Part shown: positions 1 to 11,968 of the stretch, piece by piece
How positions within the stretch are numbered: position 1 is the first letter of the stretch
Layout of the letters: every line of letters begins with the position of its first letter
NCBI GenBank assembly: GCA_964016885.1
Contig: CAXHJY010000270.1
Location: 64,317-128,316 of the forward strand
From: Eledone cirrhosa
Lineage: Eukaryota
Length of the DNA stretch: 64,000 bases
Direction of reading: 5' to 3'
Notes under the pieces: model-generated
What the model saw: the letters and a program-made list of their open reading frames with translations, nothing else
What the model was told of the DNA's origin: nothing
The model's database searches: none
Position numbers and translations under genes: made by a program

Positions 1-140
1 TCTATATTACTCTATATTGCTCTATATTACTCTATGATTCTCTATGTTGCTCTATATTACTCTATATTACTCTATATTGCACTATATTACTCTATATTGC
101 TCTACATTACTCTATATTGCTCTATATTACTCTATATTTC
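1..140. repeat. 10 bp tandem repeat
   Basis: (TCTATATTAC/TCTATATTGC)n. Confidence 0.9.
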
Positions 141-1644
141 TCTGTTTCTTGATGCTCCTCCATACTGCTCTATGTTGTTCCCTGTTTCTCTAAGTTGCTC
201 TCGTTTTCTCTCTTTCTCTATCCTACTCTAAGCTGTTCTACATTACTCCTATGTGTCTCTATGCTGGTTTCTCTTTCTCTGTGCTGTTCTGTGTTGCTTG
301 CTGTTCTGTGTTGCTGTGTATTACCATATAATAGTTATTCTAAGATCTATGTCGTTCTATCATTAATTGAGAATCACTAATCCAGTTATAGGTTTTTTCC
401 CTTTATTTCTTCCACGATATTTTACTTTATTTACTTTTCCCGCCAAGTACGTCTCTTTCTATTTATTCTTCAACCCAATTTTTTTTATTTTCTATTTTCA
501 ACAAACGTTCTAGATTATATAAATTGTTTGCCTTTTTCAAGTTTGTCTTCTCCATGGAGGTTTAACAGCAATTAGTCATGTTAAATGTCCTCTAATTTAT
601 GATATTTCTGACTTTCAATCTATATGTCTTATACATTACTTTTATTCTTTTATTTTTAGCTACGATACGTTGTTATGCCTCTACTTGTGATACATTCTTC
701 TTTGGTGAGTACGCTTCTTTATATTTATTATTTACCATAGAAGCTGGTTATTTCTAACTTTATCTAATAATCTCTATCTTTATCGTTTTATTGGTTGTCA
801 GTTTTATTACTTCTTATATTGTTTGTTCTATTTAAATAGTTTATAAGTTCCCCCTCAAATTCATTTGTGGCAAATTTGTAGTGTATTCTGTTCTTTTACA
901 TTTTCTAAAAATAAACATTTTTTTACTGATATCAATTATTGGGTTGGGGCCAGGCGGAACAACACCATCAAGTATTTAGCCTATCATATCGACCCCAATA
1001 TACATTCTATTGATTTATTTTTCTCAAACCGATACGTTTCTGGATATAAACAAACCACAGGCCGATTTAATATGATTGTAATAATTATTTTGACTCTATA
1101 TTTAAGATGTGGCTATTCCATTTAGTTAATTAAATTAACCTATTTAGAGTTGTTAATTTGGTGAATCTTGTCAGCTCTTTCTTGCTTCCCTCACCACATC
1201 TAGCCTTTTAACATCCTACCGAGTATTTTGGAAGCTAAAAGCACTTAGTTTTTATAATATCAGCGTGTAATTTTTGTTGAAAAATTACTTGATATCTTTA
1301 TGTTGTATCCCAATACACAATAATTTGTTTGAATTTTCTTGAAAAAGGTTTTATTATATTCTACTGATTAGTATTAATTGTCGTAATTTACTTATTAAAC
1401 ATTTTCTGTTAATTGTTATTAACAGACGAAACTGCGGTCCTAGCAATCTTTCTGAGTAAATTATGTTCTCCTTTAAAGTGTATTCTTTGCTTACAAAGCC
1501 AACTTGTAATAAACTATATATTATTATACCTGAATATAATTTGTATCAATGAAACTCAACAAAATATGGTTTTTAGATTGTATTGGTATTGAGCTGTTAA
1601 TCTTGTAATATGGTTGGAATATAATTTATTTTGATCTCTCTCTC

Positions 1645-1712
<68 letters not shown>

Positions 1713-2018
1713 TTCTCTTTCTTCTTCTCTCCTCACCACCGTTCCCTCTTTGTTCTTCTTCCTCTTTTCCTTCTTTTTCCTTCCCTTTTCTCTTCTTTTT
1801 CTCTTCTTTTCCTCCTGGCCTTTTGATTAAGAAAAGGCCTCGGGCGCACTGCGGATCGCTACAGATGTCCAGTAAATAACCGCCGAAACATCTGGATCGC
1901 GGATTACAGCTGACGAAGGATTCTTTCTTCATTTCTCCCCTTGTTCCGTCCAAACCACCATCCTAAACCTTGTTTTTAGTAACCACACAGCTCCTTTCGT
2001 TTCTTATCATTATATTTA

Positions 2019-2505
2019 CTAGCAGAAAAATCACCCTTCGGGTGGTTTTTCTGCTAGCATGTGTAGTGTGTATATTGATATTATATGCAAATATACATGC
2101 ATGTAGATATGATACATCAAATAAAATCGTAATTGACAATATACACAGAAATTGAACGTAGACTGAGTTACACTGTCTTCTGTAATCAGTAACGTAATCC
2201 ATGATGCATTAAAAAAACACAATATTATATATAAACTGCATTAGGAGAAAGTTAGTGACGGAAATACATGAATGTTTATTTAAGTGATCGCTAACCGGAA
2301 GTGTTGACATTTCAAAGTGTTAAAGAAGTGAATCTTAAAATAAGCAACAAAATTATTTATACTTAATCAGGAATAACGAAAATTAGTAGATAAATTATGT
2401 AATATTCGTTATTTATTCAAAGTAATCCAACTTATTTTACAAACGGGATAAAAAAAATATATCCTTTACGCAGTCCCGCACTCCTTACTTTATTATAGTT
2501 TATAT
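2019..2505 (-). mobile_element. Probable non-autonomous Helitron with a fully palindromic 3' terminus
   Basis: Hairpin CTAGCAGAAAAATCACCC-TTC-GGGTGGTTTTTCTGCTAG at 2019-2057, preceded by A. A Helitron-like AT-rich start (actataataaaagtaagg on the minus strand) lies near 2500. Confidence 0.45.
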
Positions 2506-2560
2506 ATATATATATATATATATAATAAATAACAAAGAACGCCTATAGCATATGCATATC

Positions 2561-2618
2561 TTTACTTGCTAACATTGTTTCATCCGCACTATAAGTGGGA
2601 CTCATCAGAGCATAAAGG
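2561..2618 (-). ncRNA. Minimal type-I hammerhead ribozyme motif
   Basis: TTTATGCT-CTGATGA-GTCCCAC ttata GTGcGGAT-GAAA-CAATG-TT-AGCAagTAAA. Stems I and II pair, the core is intact and the site is GUU. Confidence 0.72.
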
Positions 2619-3103
2619 TTAATTACATACCATACAAGCAATAACAAATCCAAGACATTGAAGAATGAAAAATAATAGAAGATAAAGGATATTAAGGAAG
2701 TAAAAGTAAAAATAAGAATAAAAATAAAAATAAAAATAATAAAATAAACAATGAAAAATAAGGGGTGCTATCAGTCACAGTTGGGCGGGGTGCTGTCAAC
2801 ATATAGTTATATATATATATATATATACGCATAGTGGAAAATGTGTAAAATCGTTGGTACAGTTAGGTATATTTAAAAAAAGGAAAAGAATGACTTCACT
2901 TGTAGTTTAATTTTATAATATTATGATTTTACAATTTGGTTTTGTAGAACTAGTAACTTCTTTGTTAACATCGGTGGGGAGATTTTTTTTAAAGAATCCT
3001 GGTTTTAAAGAATTCCTGGAGAACTTTCTCGAATTCGTCGGTGGCGATTGTCAAAATGAGATATAGACACACATATATATGTGTGTGTGTATATACATAT
3101 ATT

Positions 3104-3203
3104 TGTTTCTACTTTTGGCACAAGGCCAGCAATTATTCCAGTATATTACTGGTACTTTATTTTATCGACCCCGTAAGGATGAACGGCAAAGTTAACCTCG
3201 GCA
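3104..3203 (-). mobile_element. Family-2 SINE 3' fragment
   Basis: tttctacttttggcacaaggccagcaatt...ggtactttattttatcgacccc...aggatgaacggcaaagttaacctcggc. Confidence 0.7.
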
Positions 3204-3219
3204 TACACACACATATGCT

Positions 3220-3359
<140 letters not shown>

Positions 3360-3369
3360 AATATATTGT

Positions 3370-3489
3370 GAAGGCGTGTGGCAGAGTGGTTAGAGAATTG
3401 GATTCACAATCTTGAGGTTGTGAGTTCGATTCCTGAACCCGGCGACGCGTTATGTCCTTGAGCAAGACACTTTATTTCACGTTGCTCCT
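3370..3489 (+). mobile_element. tRNA-derived SINE head plus core (family 1)
   Basis: A box TGGCAGAGTGG, B box GAGTTCGATTCC, core GTCCTTGAGCAAGACACTT. Confidence 0.8.
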
Positions 3490-3827
3490 TCTACCTGAAG
3501 TTGCGACCGATAGATAGTATTAGCAATTGGAAAGACCAACGGAAACATTGTTTCCTAGGTCCGATTTGACGAAAGTCGATCGATCCCCCCCCCCCCCCCC
3601 CCCAAAAAAAAAAATATATGTGTTTGACCCGTTTAGCTTGTTCGCATGGTTGTTGGCTAAGGTGGTTAATGGCTTCTTAACCATCGTCTCAGTTTGTATG
3701 ACCATTGTATGACCATTTAAACTTATATTTATAGCTCTGGTATCGTCATATCAATGGAGCGCTTGTCTGCACAATACAGAAGTTGCGTTTCGCCAATTTC
3801 TACCCGCCGAAATGCAATTCTCGCTAA

Positions 3828-3868
<41 letters not shown>

Positions 3869-4414
3869 TACATTCACATGATTTATTGATTTATTGATAT
3901 TTTATCTGAGTGACCCGAATCTTCCTGATCGTAATTTTTCGGTCGTATGGTTGATTTTAGACATAATCTATGTGTGTTGGTATTTTAACGATAGTTATAG
4001 CTCTGATTTCTCTGAATTATTGAGCCCTCTGCCACTCATGTCGAATTTTGTTTATCGTGAACTCGTGCGCCGATTTTTCGATACTCGATTATTCTACTAT
4101 ATATATATATATATACATACATATATACACACACTATATATATATATATATAATATGAGGGTTAAACTTAGAATATCAGTGCAATTAGAGTCCAGTCATT
4201 TGCTCTACCGTAGAGGCCACAGTAAACATATTCCCATCTCTAAGGATATTTATCAGATTTTATAGCAGCTGGCTGTAATTGCAATTATTTTCAGAATCAG
4301 AGATTGCAGCATCTTCTTAGAAATCCACTTAACTCTGCATTACCAACGGTTTCAAGACGAAAACATACCTGTCATTTAATGCATTGATATATATATGTAT
4401 GTATATCAATGCAT

Positions 4415-4460
<46 letters not shown>

Positions 4461-4629
4461 AAAGCATGTAAACACACACACATACACACAATTTATAAAT
4501 ATGTAGTTATGGAGTTGTACATCAAACATCATTAAACACACACACACACACATACGCGCGTGTGTGTGTGTTTATATATATATATATATATTTGTGTGCG
4601 CGTTTGTTGGTAGGAACTCACTTGTGTAC

Positions 4630-5165
4630 TGAATGTGTGTGTGTGTTTAAATATGTATATATGACTGTTTGTGTATGTATATATGTATGTATTTGTGAAT
4701 GTATATATGTGTGTTTGCGTATGTATATATGGGTGTGTTTGCGTATGTATATATGTGTGTGTTTGCGTCTGTATATATGTGTGTGTTTGCGTCTGTATAT
4801 ATGTGTGTTTGCGTATGTATATATGTGTGTGTTTGCGTATGTATATATGTGTGTGTTTGCATATGTATATATGTGTGTGTTTGCGTATGTATATATGTGT
4901 GTTTGCGTATGTATATATGTGTGTGTTTGCGTATGTATATATGTGTGTGTGTTTGCTTATATATATATGTGTGTGTGTTTGCGTATGTATATATGTGTTT
5001 GTGTATGTATATATGTGTATGTTTGCCTCTGTATATATGTGTGTGTTTGCCTCTGTATATATGTGTGTGTGTATGTATGTATATATGTGTGTGTTTGCGT
5101 ATGTATATATGGGTGTGTGTTTGCTTATGTATATATGTGTGTTTGTGCATGTATATATGTGTGTT
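4630..5165. repeat. ~22-26 bp GT/AT compound minisatellite
   Basis: Unit approximately GTGTGTTTGCGTATGTATATATGT. Confidence 0.85.
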
Positions 5166-5260
5166 TGTTGATAGGAACTCAATGGTGTACTGAAAGTTCT
5201 GGTATATCAAAGCCTATTAGCCATTGAACAAATATTTAATTGTCCTCCTGTGTAGTTGTG

Positions 5261-5328
<68 letters not shown>

Positions 5329-5455
5329 TGTGTGTGTGTGTGTGTGTGTGTATGTATTTATATACACATATATATATATATATATATGTAAAAAAATCTA
5401 TCTGTCCATCTCTCTATCTGTTTATCTTTACAGACACATATATTTATGTATATAT

Positions 5456-5487
<32 letters not shown>

Positions 5488-6702
5488 ATATATATATATA
5501 TAATATATATATACATATGCACGTTGTGTGTGTGTGTGACAGAAAGATAGGTTTATATGAAGAGGCCAATTGCTACCAATTTATCTTCTATCATTAAAAT
5601 ATTTTAACAGGGTAAACACCGGATACGTTTAGGAATCTGATATAGAGATAGAAACTATACAAACAAAATACACAAATAAAACGAAACGAAGACAAACAAA
5701 AATACAAGAAATAATGGACTAAGTAAAATGCACGAAACGAAACGAAACGAAACCCCAAGTAGATTGACGAACTAATACATATATATAATGATGTATCTTC
5801 TCTCATTATATTTCCGTTCCTAGTTTTTATTTTCCTTTTCTTTGCTTTGCTTTATTCTTTTACATCTAAAGACTTACTTATGTTTCACTAAGACACTTCC
5901 TCCATTTTCTTTTTTCTTTTTTCCATTTTACTCGGAGATATATTACAACGATAAGCTAATCATAGCGTGGCATGGTGGCATTGGTGGGTGCCGCTTAATT
6001 GGGACACGAACCCATATTGGCTTAACCCGCAAGCTAAACCACTCACACTATCCCTTCACTCCCTCACGCACAGGCTCACTCATTGCTCCCCCCCCCTACC
6101 ACAAAAATGTCCTGTGTTACAAAAGAGCGCAGGGCGTCAGTGATTGGTCGATCAAGTCAGGTGCACATGACACTTATTCCGACAAGTCTTTCTCTTTTGA
6201 TTAGCTGACTTCAAACAGAATTTTTGCTTTCTTCATTTTTGCCAGCAACATTCTCTGTGTTGCTGCCTGCTTCCATTCTTTCGAATATATATATTTGTGT
6301 GTCTGTGTATGTATGTATGTATGTGTGTCTATATGTGTTTATATATGTGTATATATATATATGTGTGTGTGTATGTATTTATGTGTATATGTGCATATGT
6401 GTATATATATTATACAGCGTGGTGACTAGTATGATATCATCTAAAGAAATTGACAAAAATATGGAGTAAGGGGAGAGAACCGTGAATGTGAGTCCCTATA
6501 AATATTTAAAGAAGGTAAGTCACCAATGGAGTGACAATAAACCTTCCGGAAAAGGTTGTGGCTTCCATCTTAGTGTTGTTGTTGTTGTTGTTGTAGTATA
6601 GTTGGTAGACAGCCACAAACCCCACCGTCCCTAACACCATTAGAAAAGTAATGTTGCTTTTTAATATTATATGACATTGCTTCTCATTTAATATCTTCTA
6701 GA

Positions 6703-7082
<380 letters not shown>

Positions 7083-7360
7083 CCCGCGCCATATATGTGT
7101 GTAGCTATGTGCTTATTTTATCATGTTAAAGTGTGTACCTGTTTGTATGTGTGTTTAGATGCGTTCGTATTTATTGTTGTTTGTGTGTGTGTGTAGGAGT
7201 GTGTGATTGTGTGTGTGATTGTGTGTGTGTATCTTTTCAGTAAAATCGATTTTTCATGCCTGCCCTATATAGTTGTTACCCGTGAGAAATTTTTATATAT
7301 ATATTTTTTTTAATATATATATTTTTATATATATATATATATATTTTTATATATATATAA

Positions 7361-7593
7361 ATTAATTCAAAATATTAATAAATGTAGACATACACGTAAT
7401 CAAAATATATTTTTTATTATATATATTTCCGATGTACTGTACTGTTTTTTCAGTACGTCCTCATCAGATAAAATATATAAATTGATGTATGACATACCTC
7501 AACTGTGCTGATGGTTCAATTCCAGTTTTGGCAGCAATTAAAAATATATTTTGATTACGTGTATGTCTACATTTATTAATATTTTGAATTAAT
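7361..7593. repeat. 54 bp inverted repeat with a ~125 bp spacer
   Basis: 7361-7414 is the reverse complement of 7540-7593. Confidence 0.92.
7406..7478 (-). ncRNA. Minimal type-I hammerhead motif inside an inverted repeat
   Basis: TATATTTTAT-CTGATGA-GGACGTACTG...CAGTACATCG-GAAA-TATATA-TA-ATAAAAAATATA. The base of stem II is mismatched. Confidence 0.6.
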
Positions 7594-7687
7594 ATTAATA
7601 ACTCCAGAAAATTTTACTGATGAGTGCTTCTAATCTATTGTAAAAGTATATTCATTGATTAATCAATGAACCTTGTTTAACTTTTGG

Positions 7688-7726
<39 letters not shown>

Positions 7727-7754
7727 TAGAAGTGGTAACACAACAGTTAGTTCA

Positions 7755-7804
7755 CCATATCGAGAACAATTGTTTCACCTTAGCGGATCTTCAGCTCGTA
7801 ATGG
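7755..7804 (-). ncRNA. Minimal type-I hammerhead ribozyme motif
   Basis: CCATtaCGAG-CTGAAGA-tCCgctaaGGt-GAAA-CAATTG-TT-CTCGatATGG. Stem III is palindromic and stem II is weak. Confidence 0.65.
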
Positions 7805-7820
7805 ACATGGAGTATATATA

Positions 7821-8192
7821 TCATCATCATCATTTTACGTCCGCTTTTCCCTGCTTGCAAGGGTGGGACGGGTCTTATTCAGCACAGCATCTCTCCACTC
7901 GTCACGGTCCCTCGTCATCTCCACCGTGGGCTTCAGCGATCTGAGGTCTGTTCTCACCACCTCCGCCCATGTTTTTCGTGGTCTACCTCTACCACGTCTT
8001 TCTTCAACTGGCATTTCCTGGCACTTCTTCACCCATCGGTCATCCTCCATGCACATCACATGTCCATACCACCTCAGTCTCCTCTCCCGTACACTACATT
8101 CTATCCCTTTCAGACACAGTTTCTCTCTCAACACATTTATGCTGGGTCGTTCACGCACATTTACACTGCACATCCAACGGAGCATGCTTGCC
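7821..8192 (-). mobile_element. 5'-truncated RTE-clade LINE with (TGA)n tail
   Basis: ORF ...RRLRWYGHV...RGRGRPRKTW...DRDEWR* is the RTE C-terminus. It is followed by aaaatgatgatgatga. Confidence 0.88.
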
Positions 8193-8233
8193 TCATATAT
8201 ATATATATGTATATTGTATATATATAGATATAT

Positions 8234-8314
8234 ATATAAGTTAAAAGAATGAAATAAAAATTCAAGTCATATTTCTAATGACTTGAATTTTTATTTCATT
8301 GTTTTAACTTATAT
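8234..8314. repeat. ~80 bp near-perfect hairpin abutting TA repeats
   Basis: ATAAGTTAAAAgAATGAAATAAAAATTCAAGTCAT-7nt-ATGACTTGAATTTTTATTTCATTgTTTTAACTTAT. Confidence 0.9.
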
Positions 8315-9080
8315 CATGACTCTGTTTTCTTTTTAATGTTTTATTGTTTTCCGGGATTTATTTTAACCTACAACATTTTCAACATATGGATTACATTGAG
8401 TTCTTCATGCAGACTAGACCCCACAACTTATCGTGGATATCTCTGTGTATATATATGAACAAAGAGAAGAATGACTCCATTGGCGGTCGCTAGTCAATGG
8501 TATTTCAAATCTCGACTGTTATTCGATATTGATAATAGTTCTGGTAAGTCCTTGGTTAATTCCAGGGGAACCTTTTGCCATTCTTCGCTGATTGACTAAC
8601 TGTTCTATTGACTTATGTTGTTGATGTATATATAAGGGGTTAGAGTGTATGGCAAATACATATTTCTACTTTTGGCACAAGGAGAGCAATTATCCAGTAC
8701 ATTATTGGCAGCATGACCCTCGCAAAATATAACAATATCTGTTTCAACACACGTTTTCAGATAAGAAATCTTGCAAAACAAATTAAAAAAAGGAAGCATC
8801 TAAAAATTTAACTCTTTTTTTTTTCTTCGTAGTCCAAAGAAATTAACTAATTACATAATCAATTACTCGAGCTGAATCTAAATCATAAGTATGAAGAAAA
8901 AATAGACAAATGTTTACCGAATTATTCCTCGTAGTTCCGACTGCTGTTTCACTTGACTATGTAGAAAAAGTGAAAATTCGATTTTCCAGAGACTCCCTCA
9001 ATTAAGACTTGTTTTTTCTAAAGTGATCGCCGCGTCGATCACTATATTTCTGTTTGCCTTGTGCACACCCATCACACATA

Positions 9081-9400
9081 CATGATGGCTGCCCCCTCGT
9101 TATCGAGTATGGCCATTGCATGATATAATATTATTTATAATTATTAATTAATGATATCGTGCAATGACTGTGCGTGAAGATTTTTTTTAAAAGTGACGAA
9201 AGACTGTACACTGAGCCAATCCCACTCTCTGAGCGACAGTAGCTATAACATGAAAAGAAGAAAAGATCAACATCATCGGTAACTACTGAGCAGCAGGTTT
9301 TATGTTGTCGGAATTATCCCAGTTTCCTGAGTTGCCTACTCCTAGAAGAATGCGCTGACAAGGGCTAGGGGTCCTTCACTCCCAGTGGTTTAACCGCACG
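9081..9400 (-). mobile_element. Older diverged relative of the same family (3' part)
   Basis: The reverse complement shares ctaggag, gatgatgttga, gagtgggattgg and the terminus tggccatactcgataacgag...gcagccatcatg. Confidence 0.65.
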
Positions 9401-10332
9401 ATCGGGTATCCAGTCCGACTATTTCTATGTCCATACTTGTATGACAGAATATACGAATTTCCCTGCAAATAGAAAAAATGGTAACCATTTTAATCAATAT
9501 TCGGATGTTATTAGAGGTATATATAATCAGAAGACGTGGATATAATCCAATGAACCACCAAGAAACGTCTACTTCATGGCGATATATACTTATTCGCTCA
9601 TTCGATTATTCTGTAATAGAACTACTTATTTACTTATAGTTAGCTCTCGTGTTGGGGATTAATTACAACATATAATAAGAGGTGTGATAACCGCCGAAGT
9701 GTAAGACATCTTTATAAATACAGCGTGTGTAACTGTGACTGCAGAAATGTGTATAAAGAAAAAAACATATATCTAATATGTAGATATGTAAACATACCAG
9801 AAAATACGAATTTCCGTGTAAACTGAAAATAAATATATATACAAAATGTTTAATCGATTTCCGGATTTTATTGAATTCTCATCAGATATGTATTGGTTTG
9901 TATCAACCAATCAAATAATCAAAGACATGTTTCCTTGTGGTTCATTGGATGATATACATATCTTCGGCTGTTAACACACTTCTTACTATATATCTTAATT
10001 ATGAACACGAACGATAATTATATGAAAATTATATTTCATTCAGAAAAAATTAGTGAAGATTTTTTACGAATGAAACAGTTCTAGTCTTGTAGGAGTCATT
10101 TCTATTCGTAAAGTACGGATGTCTCTACTTTACAAACATATTGAGTGCAATTTGGAACTGTGTTCTCCTGATATATATCAAGAATCCACGTATGTATGTA
10201 TATATATATGTATGTATATATGTATGTATGTATATATGTATGTATGTATATATATATGTATGTATATATGTATGTATGTATATATATATATGTATGTATA
10301 TATATATATGTATGTATATATATATATGTATG

Positions 10333-10377
<45 letters not shown>

Positions 10378-10464
10378 ATATATATGTATATATATATGTA
10401 TATATGTATATATATATATATGTATATGTGTATATGTATATATGTATATATATATGTATATGTG

Positions 10465-10503
<39 letters not shown>

Positions 10504-10615
10504 GTCAGGTCACCAGTTGGGTTCTCCTACATGGATATAAAGTAGTGGCCATACTCGAAAACGAGTTGGCAGCCACCATGTATATATGTATATATATATG
10601 TATGTATATATGTAT

Positions 10616-11228
10616 ATGTCGGGTCACCAGTTGGTGCTACTGGTAACATGTATCCCAGTACAACCTGTCCCATGGTCGGGTCGTTGGCGACTAAACTGGC
10701 AACCCCACCAAGGTTTCTTGGTGAGGAGGGTGACTTTGGACATCCTGCAGGACTAAAATCAAAACCTGTCAAAGGGCAAAGGAGCTCTTAAGAGTCAATG
10801 GCCATCCAAAATCACCGGGTGAGATGATCCCTTAGCCTTTGTCAAGGCAGAATTCTAGGAGAAGGAAAACTCTGATATAACACCTGCAACCCTGATGGTA
10901 TCCAATGATGTTGACTTGTTCTTCTTTTTGGTAAATATCATCTTGGTTAAGAGAGTGGGACTGGCTTTGTGCAGTGCCTTTGCTCACTATAAAAGCTTCG
11001 CGGCACAGGCATTGCTTTATATCTGGAGATCTCTCTGCACTTGTCGTCACATGGTGCCATGGGCCCAGCACTATGTGTCAATGATTGTCACAGGTGTAGT
11101 GTTTGTACCAGAGTTTTCAAGTCGCTGGCTGGACTAAAAAGTCACACTTGTTTAGCGCATCGGTAGGGGTTCTCCTACATGGATATAAAGTAGTGGCCGT
11201 ACTCGAAAACGAGTTGGCAGCCACCATG
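10616..11228 (+). mobile_element. ~610 bp non-autonomous element with an RTE-like 5'UTR motif, embedded in TA/TG microsatellite
   Basis: A near-identical copy lies at 59098-59713. It contains CTAGGAGAAGGAAAACTCTGA and ends in the hairpin CTCG-AAAA-CGAG...GCAGCCACC. Confidence 0.8.
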
Positions 11229-11447
11229 TATATATGTATGCCTATATATGTATATATATGTCTATATATGTGTGTGTATGAATATGTATACATACAGTTG
11301 ATGACCGAAACAGGATCAAGCCTGTAAATTCTTCATATACGACATATACAATCTTTATTGAATTATACGGTACACCATTATATATGACTACTCTTTTTTC
11401 TTACGGACACACAGCAATATATATGCACACCTACATACACACACACT

Positions 11448-11515
<68 letters not shown>

Positions 11516-11552
11516 CATTTTATATATATACACACATACACACATGTATATA

Positions 11553-11588
<36 letters not shown>

Positions 11589-11643
11589 CGTATTTCTATT
11601 AACATTTGTTATATATATATATAATGTATTTCTATTAATATTT

Positions 11644-11689
<46 letters not shown>

Positions 11690-11928
11690 TGTGTGTTTGA
11701 ATGTATTAGATCTTATCTATACTTGTTCACACTGCTGTAGATATTATGTATGTATAAATAAGTTCCAATTCAATTTAAGAAATATGCCACCTACTTTCCA
11801 TTTTCCTGTTTAACGACATAAGAACCGACATTCAACTGTGCCTTCTTTCTTTCATTCTTCACACACAAATATATTTATATATGTGTATATGCATATATAT
11901 ATATATATATATATAAATGTGTGTGTGC

Positions 11929-11968
<40 letters not shown>

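Noticed and set aside
3370-3445. tRNA gene
   Set aside because: A and B boxes are present, but the cloverleaf is decayed and continues into a SINE core.
8935-8980. Another hammerhead half (GAAA-CAGCAG-TC on the minus strand)
   Set aside because: No core strand, no tail motif and no TA flank, so compatible with chance.
10616-10745. Twister ribozyme call (TCCCA...GAGGG motifs)
   Set aside because: The L1 UAA and P2 are missing, and GAGGG can pair in the closing stem. Kept only as an unassigned structured-RNA candidate.
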